Of a DNA stretch of 64,000 bases, positions 49,701-56,362 are shown in pieces (the stretch's first letter is position 1; each line of letters begins with the position of its first letter). The notes below the pieces were generated by a model. It was not told the DNA's origin. It worked only from the letters and a program-made list of their open reading frames with translations, and made no database searches. The DNA is from a virus. Lineage: Duplodnaviria; Caudoviricetes. A program made the position numbers and the translations under genes. The stretch is from the IMG/VR virus record IMGVR_UViG_3300034062_005626, one strand, 5' to 3'.

Positions 49701-49918
49701 GGTATTTGGGTATTAACAAATCTTTCAGGACTTGTTCCCCCAAAATAAACTTGATATTCGTCAAAGTTTGTTATGAAAATAGGTTCAAATGCGGGACCTT
49801 GAATGGTTTCACCGACAATACCTAAAGTTGTTACACCAACGCTTTGTGCAACAAAAGTTAAATCTCTTTCTGAAGTGTAAACACCAGGTGAGACGAAAAC
49901 CTTATTACTAGATGCCAT
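46715..49918 (-). CDS. Contractile tail sheath protein (T4 gp18-like), enlarged
   Basis: 1067 aa; N-terminal VSPGVYTSERD, GPAFEP; C-terminal WFASAGYTRG, INPI..F...GTVIWGNKTL, RINVRRLL, FEQND, IYLKPTRALEYIDIEF. Confidence 0.95.
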   Translation of the reverse strand: MASSNKVFVSPGVYTSERDLTFVAQSVGVTTLGIVGETIQGPAFEPIFITNFDEYQVYFGGTSPERFVNTQIPKYEASYIAKAYLSQSNQLFVTRILGLSGYDAGPSWSVVTIANPNPATISATGNTTGITLNFTGTTGTSGNITITSVPSQLSADFYSTYTSYNGGTSTLNADFQNFISTNVNRFSLSASTSATTAIYWGTLSANTLTYVSGSSVNTVTATSETFGVDNVNLSLTNLSADTNDTWYYALFDYNKIQSVGSYYGYGLGASIGAMSSLGGGVFSGRCNIGMTFYSGSPYSEWDDLVVSTLRSRGLTTYSSTQHGPQYWVTGTSDVQMVCTGTYSAVTSDPYSTFVISGITYDSETFSFETSMLSTNSNYMSSLFGKSNFAKDRNEVPIFVEEIYPSLLNSGYNNSKIRGLYCDLIALDSAESLDTETIGFYLEQYQTPKTPYLVSELRGNLVYKLFRFVLISDGNAANRLVKISIGNISFTNNTFDVFVRDFYDTDDKVRVIESFTNCSLDPTQNNFIANKIGTSNGEYQVKSKYLMIEMADEAPTDALPCGFEGYIMREYSNATPPFIVYKTRYLTAGQQIDNPPFGSANNGNNIRTSSGENVRKAYLGISNITGVDYDFFEYKGKQLPTNIATDTTGPDWGYVTKGFHMDSGATIVTISNGYVTSGQSAFEVGAGSFSSEPLDSDNPYYNLNTRKYTVYAYGGFDGWDIYRASRTNADTFALGQTGYKQGAAASATYPTASGWGAFKQISGPNQETWANTDYYAYKWGQSTFSNPESTNINVFVTPGIDYVNNSNLVEDAVNLIEEDRADSIYICTTPDFNLFLPSYQNIEEGLIYPQQAVDNLETTGIDSNYTATYYPWVLTRDSVNNTQIYLPPTAEVTKNLALTDNIAFPWFASAGYTRGLVNAIRARRKLTQEDRDVLYKGRINPIATFNDVGTVIWGNKTLQIRESALDRINVRRLLLQARKLISAVAIRLLFEQNDDKVRQDFLDSVNPILDSIRRDRGLIDFRVTVSNTPEDLDSNTLTGKIYLKPTRALEYIDIEFVITPTGASFDNV

Positions 49919-49968
49919 TTTAAATTATGTTTTAGCTTTTTATGTTTTATATATAAATACATTGAATT

Positions 49969-50000
49969 TTTGCAAAAAACTATTGACAATAATATATTTA
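49969..50000 (+). promoter_or_regulatory. Host-type promoter for the small RHH-like gene
   Basis: TTTG(49969-49972)-N20-TATATTTA(49993-50000), the same layout as the polymerase promoter. Confidence 0.5.
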
Positions 50001-50006
50001 TCTGAT

Positions 50007-50033
50007 AAGGCAGACAAAATTCTGCCTTTTTTC
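50007..50033 (+). terminator. Terminator-like hairpin in the leader of the RHH-like gene
   Basis: AAGGCAGA(50007-50014)/TCTGCCTT(50021-50028) followed by a T-run. Confidence 0.5.
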
Positions 50034-50048
50034 TCACCTAAAATTATT

Positions 50049-50207
50049 ATGAAAAATAAAAAAATTAAAAACATTAAAATATCTGATGACGCTCATTCAG
50101 TATTAAAAACTTACTGCGAAAAAAATGGTTTGAAATTGTATAAGTTTTTAGAAAATTTGATAATTAGAAATTGTAGTAAACCTAAAGATATATATGGTGA
50201 AGATTAA
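50049..50207 (+). CDS. Ribbon-helix-helix-like small DNA-binding protein
   Basis: Likely ATG at 50049: MKNKKIKNIKISDDAHSVLKTYCEKNGLKLYKFLENLI (52 aa); beta-strand KNIKIS followed by two helices. Confidence 0.65.
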   Translation: MKNKKIKNIKISDDAHSVLKTYCEKNGLKLYKFLENLIIRNCSKPKDIYGED

Positions 50208-51436
50208 ACAAAATAGGCAACAGTTTTAATTACCGATGTTTGAGTGATTAAAGTTTTATATGCTTTTATTAATACAGAATCCCCATCATTAACTTGAATC
50301 ACATCTAAATCATCACCTATGTAAAGACCATTTATATAAACAGAAAATGCACTACCACAAGATGTTGTTGAGTTTGTTGTTGCGCCTGTTGGGTTTGAAA
50401 ACACGGGCAAAGTACCACCTTGAACACAAACAGTTCCTGTATTACCACTTGTTATTCCTGATATGATTGATGGCCCGCTATTACATGTTACAAAATTTAA
50501 AGTGTTGTTTGTGGTTGCAGTATAATTAAAATTATAACAACTTGATAAATTTTGCAATTCAACAACTTTCAAATCTGCAGTATATCTAAAAACTTCAGAT
50601 AGTTGTGTTACTCCAGGTAGAAAAGTAAAATCAAAATCAAAGTTGTCGGGTCGTGGAGGTTCAATTTCAACTCGTCTAGTTTTAATTTTTGTATCTACTT
50701 CAAACATCGTCATATATCTTGATATTGCGGGAGAAACTTGAAAATCTTCTTCATCTAATAAAAACCCTTGTAGTGTCAACTTATAATTTATAATGTAGTA
50801 TTTTCTTTTTTCTAAATCTTTTACTGACTCATCGGACACTTCTTCCATCATTATTGGCATATAGTGTCCATTTATTTGAGTATAGGATTGAGCGGATGCA
50901 AATGTTTGCATAACAATTTTGTTAAACTCGTTGTTTTCTCTCATTCGATTACAAAACAACTTTAAATTGTAAACAATATCAACGGCAACAGGTTGTGGAA
51001 CTTTATAGACATCGGCACCTTTTCTTTGTCCATCCCATGTTGGTACTGTAAAATAATTAATTCTAAGTTTTTCGGGGACATTAAATCTACCCCCAACATA
51101 TTTACCTGGTTTAACTTCAGGGGTTCTTACAATTGCTAAAAAAGGTAATGATATATTTTTATCTAAATCTTGAAAATTCCATGTTTGTGTAAATTGCATC
51201 CAATTTTGATTGGTTATAATTCTATCAATCAACGGTACTTTTTTTTCATCAACAACTAATTCTAATTTGTCTTTAACAAAATCTAAAAACCCCCTGTCCA
51301 AATCGGCATGTAATACCCCTTTTGGTAAAAATGTTCCATGTCTTGTTATGTCCTCGAGCATTTCTTCTCTTCTTTCCACACCAAACTTTTGTGGAATCAA
51401 AGGTAAATTTTTTTTTACTTGTTTTGGAAAAGCCAT
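50204..51436 (-). CDS. Tail terminator / sheath stabilizer (T4 gp15-like) with C-terminal Thr-rich extension
   Basis: 410 aa; VPQPVAVDIVYNLKLF, NKIVMQTF, RKYYIINYKLTLQGFL; lies between neck and sheath genes. Confidence 0.65.
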   Translation of the reverse strand: MAFPKQVKKNLPLIPQKFGVERREEMLEDITRHGTFLPKGVLHADLDRGFLDFVKDKLELVVDEKKVPLIDRIITNQNWMQFTQTWNFQDLDKNISLPFLAIVRTPEVKPGKYVGGRFNVPEKLRINYFTVPTWDGQRKGADVYKVPQPVAVDIVYNLKLFCNRMRENNEFNKIVMQTFASAQSYTQINGHYMPIMMEEVSDESVKDLEKRKYYIINYKLTLQGFLLDEEDFQVSPAISRYMTMFEVDTKIKTRRVEIEPPRPDNFDFDFTFLPGVTQLSEVFRYTADLKVVELQNLSSCYNFNYTATTNNTLNFVTCNSGPSIISGITSGNTGTVCVQGGTLPVFSNPTGATTNSTTSCGSAFSVYINGLYIGDDLDVIQVNDGDSVLIKAYKTLITQTSVIKTVAYFV

Positions 51437-51443
51437 AATTTAA

Positions 51444-51959
51444 TTAAATTCCTTCAAATTCATTATTCGTAACAGGGGTTGCAAGAATTGTTCTATAAAA
51501 TCTTTTATAACCAGCATAAGTATGTTTATTGTCAGTAAACACCCTACCATCATTTACCACACTATAATATCTAACTCTACTTTCTGTTTCATAATACCCA
51601 ATATAATCACCATATTCTATATCAATTTCTAAATCATCTAAATAATCTTGATAAACACTAACAGTTAAATTACCCGGCTCTAACTGTTCTAATTTTGTTG
51701 AGCCATAGTCTTGGTTTGCAGGGGCCTCTATTTTAACCAAACCTTTAAATTCTATTGGTGGTAAAAATTGTATTCCGCCTTTTAATGCTTCGCCATACAC
51801 ATCGTCGTTGTTGGTTTTCTGTCTATCAACTTTATATAAAACTAAAGTGAAGTTCATATCCCCCTCTAACCATTCTCTTCCCATTTTTATATCTAAATTG
51901 AAGTCTTCTTCTGCAAAAAACTTATTTAATCTTGTTATTGGAACTTTAGGTTGTGTCAT
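51444..51959 (-). CDS. Neck / head-closure protein (T4 gp14-like)
   Basis: 171 aa; LVLYKVDRQKTNNDDVYGEA...F...IEFKG, GDYIGY. Confidence 0.65.
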   Translation of the reverse strand: MTQPKVPITRLNKFFAEEDFNLDIKMGREWLEGDMNFTLVLYKVDRQKTNNDDVYGEALKGGIQFLPPIEFKGLVKIEAPANQDYGSTKLEQLEPGNLTVSVYQDYLDDLEIDIEYGDYIGYYETESRVRYYSVVNDGRVFTDNKHTYAGYKRFYRTILATPVTNNEFEGI

Positions 51960-51975
51960 ACCTATAAATACTTTA

Positions 51976-52006
51976 ATTGATTTTTTCTTGAATTTTATTA
52001 TATTTT
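51976..52006 (+). promoter_or_regulatory. Host-type promoter for the SNF2 helicase gene
   Basis: ATTG(51976-51979)-N19-TATATTTT(51999-52006), 8 nt before the ATG at 52015. Confidence 0.5.
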
Positions 52007-52014
52007 ATTATACT

Positions 52015-53778
52015 ATGGAAGATTTTGTGCCTAAAACACCCGAATCAAAAGCCCTTTTAATATTAGATGATTACGAAGGGTCAAATAACTATATCCTTAA
52101 TTTAAAACACAAAAAAGAGAACAGTAAGTCTTTCGTACCCACAAGACCTCAGGCGGATTATATCAATAATTATAACACAACACAACCAAAAGTTGCAAAA
52201 AAATGGGTCAAACTTGATTCATATTTTGGTAAAAAACTGATGGAAGATAAGATGTATACTAAGGAACCTTCTGAAATATATGTTGAAAAATTGTTGGTTG
52301 AAAAAGACAAAGCATATCATATTTGGGGTAAGATATTTTCAGGAGAAACTTTACATGATTTTTGGATGCCAAAATCAGCCTTATTAAAAGATAATGAAGT
52401 TAAAAACATTTCTATTGATTATGGTAAGTACACTCATAGACCTCCTATGGAACATCAAAAAGAAGCAATCGAAAAACTTGTAAGAAATAAAAAGTTTATT
52501 CTGGCCGATGACATGGGTCTTGGTAAAACAACATCAACCATAATTGCAGCATTAGAAACGGGAGCCAAAAAAATATTAATTGTGTGTCCAGCATCATTAA
52601 AAATAAATTGGCAAAGAGAGATTGCAAATTATTCAGATAGGTCTGTTTATATTGCAGAAGGTAAGAAATTTTCAGACGAACATGATTTTGTTATTGTAAA
52701 CTACGACATCTTAAAAAATTTTCATGACATTAAAGAAAAGGATAAGTCAGAAATTATGAAAATTAATTTTGATTTGGTAATCATGGATGAAGCTCATATG
52801 ATTTCTAATCCACAAGCCCAAAGAACAAAAATCGCTAACGACATCGCAAGTAAATCAAATAGAGTTTGGTTATTATCAGGAACACCTATGACCTCTCGAC
52901 CTATGAATTATTATAATTTATTAAACCTTGTTGATAGTCCAGTGGCAATGAATTGGATGGCTTACGCTAAAAGATATTGTAATGGATTTCAATTTAGCGT
53001 TGGGAAAAGAAAGGTATGGAACGTTACAGGAGCATCCAATCTTGACGAATTAAGAGAAAGAACCTCAACACATATTCTAAGAAGGTTAAAAGAAGAAGTT
53101 TTGGATTTACCTGAAAAAATTATCACACCTGTTTATTTAAGACTCAAATCAAAAGACTACGAAGAATTAATGGGTGAATATTTTGATTGGTATGACCAAA
53201 ACCCTGAAGAGTCATCTTCACTTACAATTCAGTTTGGTAAACTAATGAAAGTAAGAAAAGTAATTGCACAAGAAAAAATTAATAACACAATCGAGTTAGC
53301 GGAGAACATTATAGAACAAGGTAAAAAGGTCATTATATTTACAAACTTTACCGACACATTAAATCAAATCTATAATCACTTTGGTAAATCTGCGGTTTAT
53401 TTAGATGGTAGTTGTTCTAAGTTTCACAGACAAAATGCGGTCGATGAATTTCAAACAAACGATAAAATCAAAGTATTTGTTGGAAACTTAAAGGCTGCTG
53501 GTGTGGGGATTACTTTAACCTCGGCGGAAGCTGTAATTATGAATGATTTATCTTTTGTTCCTGCTGAACACTCACAAGCAGAGGATAGGTCACATAGAAT
53601 TGGTCAAAAAAATTCAACATCAGTTTATTATCCTCTTTTCGAAAATACAATAGAAGGTGCAATTTACGACATATTAAATAGGAAAAAGAAAATTATCTCA
53701 ACAGTAATGGGTGACGATATGTTTGATGACGCATCCACAATAGAAGAAATGTTAAATTTAATTTCTAGCAATCGATGA
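52015..53778 (+). CDS. SNF2-family helicase/ATPase, SMARCAL1(HARP)/ZRANB3-like
   Basis: Likely start MEDFVPK at 52015 (587 aa); LADDMGLGKT, DEAH, SGTP, LRRLKEEVLDLPEK, GVGITLT, QAEDRSHRIGQ. Confidence 0.9.
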   Translation: MEDFVPKTPESKALLILDDYEGSNNYILNLKHKKENSKSFVPTRPQADYINNYNTTQPKVAKKWVKLDSYFGKKLMEDKMYTKEPSEIYVEKLLVEKDKAYHIWGKIFSGETLHDFWMPKSALLKDNEVKNISIDYGKYTHRPPMEHQKEAIEKLVRNKKFILADDMGLGKTTSTIIAALETGAKKILIVCPASLKINWQREIANYSDRSVYIAEGKKFSDEHDFVIVNYDILKNFHDIKEKDKSEIMKINFDLVIMDEAHMISNPQAQRTKIANDIASKSNRVWLLSGTPMTSRPMNYYNLLNLVDSPVAMNWMAYAKRYCNGFQFSVGKRKVWNVTGASNLDELRERTSTHILRRLKEEVLDLPEKIITPVYLRLKSKDYEELMGEYFDWYDQNPEESSSLTIQFGKLMKVRKVIAQEKINNTIELAENIIEQGKKVIIFTNFTDTLNQIYNHFGKSAVYLDGSCSKFHRQNAVDEFQTNDKIKVFVGNLKAAGVGITLTSAEAVIMNDLSFVPAEHSQAEDRSHRIGQKNSTSVYYPLFENTIEGAIYDILNRKKKIISTVMGDDMFDDASTIEEMLNLISSNR

Positions 53779-53790
53779 TATTTATATATC

Positions 53791-54876
53791 ATGACCGTGG
53801 ATATTAAATATATAGATGTTGACCCAACAAAGGAGGATAAAGAATTAATTAACAAATTTATTTCTCAGTTGAAAAAAAATTATCCTTTAGAAAATGACAT
53901 AACAATCTTGTTTCAAAATAACAGAACTGGTAAAATGACCACAGGGTCAAGGACAGACAAACATAAATTAAAAATATTAGTTAAAGATAGATTAAATCGT
54001 GATGTGATGAGAACATTAGCACATGAATGGTCCCATGAACATCAAAGAACAGTTCTTAATAGAAAAAAAGGTAAAGACATTGGAGGTAAAAATGAAAATG
54101 AAGCCAGTTCTCAAGCATCTGAAGAAATAAAAAAATTCGAAAAAGGTAATAAAAAAATAGAAAAAGTTATTTATAAACCTTTTACAGAAAGAATTGAAAG
54201 AATAGAATCTTTGTTACAAATAGAATCTTTAGAAAAACAATCATTAATAAATGAAATTAAAAAAATAAGCGTAGATAAACTACCTTACGAATATGATTCT
54301 TTAGAAGTTTTTATTGATAGTGAAACAATGAAAACTCACTACAACAAACATTACAAAGGTTATGTTGAAAAATTAAATAAAGAATTAGAAAAAATAAGTG
54401 GTAAAGATTTAGACTTAGAACAAATTATATCTGACATTTCAAGTTTTAATACAATAGTTAGAAATAATGGTGGTGGAGCATTTAATCATGCGTTGTTTTG
54501 GAAAATGATGTCGCCTAAAAAACAAAAGTTAGACGACCCCATCAAAAGTAAAATAGAAAAGACTTTCGGTTCATTTGAAAAATTTAAAACAGAATTTGAA
54601 GACGCCGCCAAATCTCGTTTTGGTTCAGGTTGGGTATGGTTGATTCTTACAGATAAAAATAGATTGAAAATTGTAACCACCGCAAATCAAGACAACCCCC
54701 TAATGGATAATCAAGAAGAAAGAGGTTACCCCTTGTTAGGTCTTGACGTTTGGGAACATGCTTATTATTTAAAATACAAAAATCTAAGAGACAAGTACGT
54801 ATCTAATTTTTGGAAAGTGGTTAATTGGGGATTTGTTAATGATTTGTATTCTACTCAGTCTAAACTTAACAACTAA
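53791..54876 (+). CDS. sodA: Fe/Mn superoxide dismutase (Mn-type signature) fused to an N-terminal HExxH domain
   Basis: 361 aa; LPYEYDSLE..I, THYNKHYKGY, NGGGAFNHALFW, FGSGWVWL, NQDNP, LGLDVWEHAYY (all four metal ligands present); N-terminal RTLAHEWSH. Confidence 0.92.
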   Translation: MTVDIKYIDVDPTKEDKELINKFISQLKKNYPLENDITILFQNNRTGKMTTGSRTDKHKLKILVKDRLNRDVMRTLAHEWSHEHQRTVLNRKKGKDIGGKNENEASSQASEEIKKFEKGNKKIEKVIYKPFTERIERIESLLQIESLEKQSLINEIKKISVDKLPYEYDSLEVFIDSETMKTHYNKHYKGYVEKLNKELEKISGKDLDLEQIISDISSFNTIVRNNGGGAFNHALFWKMMSPKKQKLDDPIKSKIEKTFGSFEKFKTEFEDAAKSRFGSGWVWLILTDKNRLKIVTTANQDNPLMDNQEERGYPLLGLDVWEHAYYLKYKNLRDKYVSNFWKVVNWGFVNDLYSTQSKLNN

Positions 54877-54900
54877 ATTATATTTATATAATAAAAACTT

Positions 54901-56022
54901 ATGGCAACTACTGTAATTATCACCGAACCTGAAAGAAGTAAATTATATAAAAGAATAAAAAATCTTTTAGGTGCCCCTATTCGTAGTGTTGAATTAGAAG
55001 ACGAAATGATGGATTCATTATTAGAATTATCTATTCAGGATTACGCACAGCACGTTAATGATTGGTTGATTGAAGCTCAATGGTCTTCTTTGAACGGTTT
55101 GAATTTAGATGAGCAATCACTAACAAGGGCCTTTACTACAAGAAGTATGGATTGGGAAACTCAATATACTTACGCATATTCAAAAATTGTGGGATTACAA
55201 GCTGGTGGCGATTATGTATTGAAAAAAGATTATATTGATTTAGTTGCAAATCAACAAATATATGAAATACCTGCAGGTCGTGAAATCAATGAAATATTAT
55301 GGTTTTCTCGTTCTGAATTAGACGCAGCGTATTTTGACCCGTTCATGGGTGGATTTGGTGGATTTGGTGGTATTGGTTTAGGTGGTGGAGCAGGATTTTC
55401 TCAAATGGGGACAACAGGAAATTATTTTATTACACCAGCCTTTGATATTTTACTTAGAATGGCTGACATTCAAATGAAAAGAAGAATCATAACAGGAGAT
55501 TTGACTTATAGAATAACGGCACTTCCTGAAGGAAAAAAAGCATTACATTTAATGAATGTACCTGGTGGAAAATTTGATTTTGGAAATATTGCTTATCAAA
55601 AATACAAAGTATGGTATTGGTATTATGATACTTTTGATAGAGATGATTGTTTAGCGAAAAATCCTGACGTAGTTAGACTTCCTTCTGACGTTCCAATTGA
55701 CGAAATGAGATGGGATGAATTAAATTCACCAGCAAAAACTTGGGTTAGAAGATGGTTTACGGCATACTGTAAAGAAACTTTGGCAAAAGTAAGAGGTAAG
55801 TATAGTGGTAGTTTAAAGACTCCTGATAGTGAATTAACCTTAGAGTGGCAAAGTTTGAATACTGAAGCCAAAGATGAAAAGGCTATGTTGTGGGAAGAAT
55901 TAAAAACTAGACTTGAAAGGTTAAGACCTGAAAAACAAATGGAACAAAAAGCCTTACAGGCTGAAAACTTGAACAAAGCCTTGAAATTTAGAGCATTTAC
56001 AAGTCCTTATAATATCATATAA
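54901..56022 (+). CDS. Neck / head-tail adaptor protein (T4 gp13-like)
   Basis: 373 aa; IKNLLGAPIRSVELEDE, YCKETLAKVRGKYSG...LTLEW, EELK; late motif upstream. Confidence 0.75.
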   Translation: MATTVIITEPERSKLYKRIKNLLGAPIRSVELEDEMMDSLLELSIQDYAQHVNDWLIEAQWSSLNGLNLDEQSLTRAFTTRSMDWETQYTYAYSKIVGLQAGGDYVLKKDYIDLVANQQIYEIPAGREINEILWFSRSELDAAYFDPFMGGFGGFGGIGLGGGAGFSQMGTTGNYFITPAFDILLRMADIQMKRRIITGDLTYRITALPEGKKALHLMNVPGGKFDFGNIAYQKYKVWYWYYDTFDRDDCLAKNPDVVRLPSDVPIDEMRWDELNSPAKTWVRRWFTAYCKETLAKVRGKYSGSLKTPDSELTLEWQSLNTEAKDEKAMLWEELKTRLERLRPEKQMEQKALQAENLNKALKFRAFTSPYNII

Positions 56023-56029
56023 TTTTTTT

Positions 56030-56362
56030 ATGTCAGTATTTAAATCTATTCCTTCAATTAGAATAATTAATGGTAATAGAGTTGAAACATCAGATTCTGC
56101 AATAGTTTCTAACTCTTACTATGAAACCGATGGTGAATACGTCATTATCGTTTCGGGTGTTGAAAATTGTGAACTTTTGTTAAATTCATCAAACACCGAC
56201 CACGTTGTTGTAAAATCTATGACGAATGTTTTAGTAAAGGGAGACTCATTAATTGATGAACAATATGAAGAAGTTGAATTAACTAAAGGTTCGTGCGTTG
56301 AGTTTAAAAAAGTCGGAAATTACTGGTATATATTATCTTCAGACGGATTAAAAAACTCTTAG
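56030..56362 (+). CDS. Small beta-rich putative virion protein
   Basis: 110 aa ending IDEQYEEVELTKGSCVEFKKVGNYWYILSS, similar to short fibre-associated beta domains; converges on polB with a 4-nt overlap. Confidence 0.45.
   Translation: MSVFKSIPSIRIINGNRVETSDSAIVSNSYYETDGEYVIIVSGVENCELLLNSSNTDHVVVKSMTNVLVKGDSLIDEQYEEVELTKGSCVEFKKVGNYWYILSSDGLKNS

Noticed and set aside
49962-50048. Track N-terminal extension of the 81-aa plus-strand ORF
   Set aside because: Covers the promoter and hairpin; the RHH-like sequence starts at ATG 50049.
51808-52014. 69-aa N-terminal extension of the SNF2 ORF in the track
   Set aside because: Overlaps the opposite-strand neck gene and both promoters; ATG at 52015 has a proper upstream promoter.
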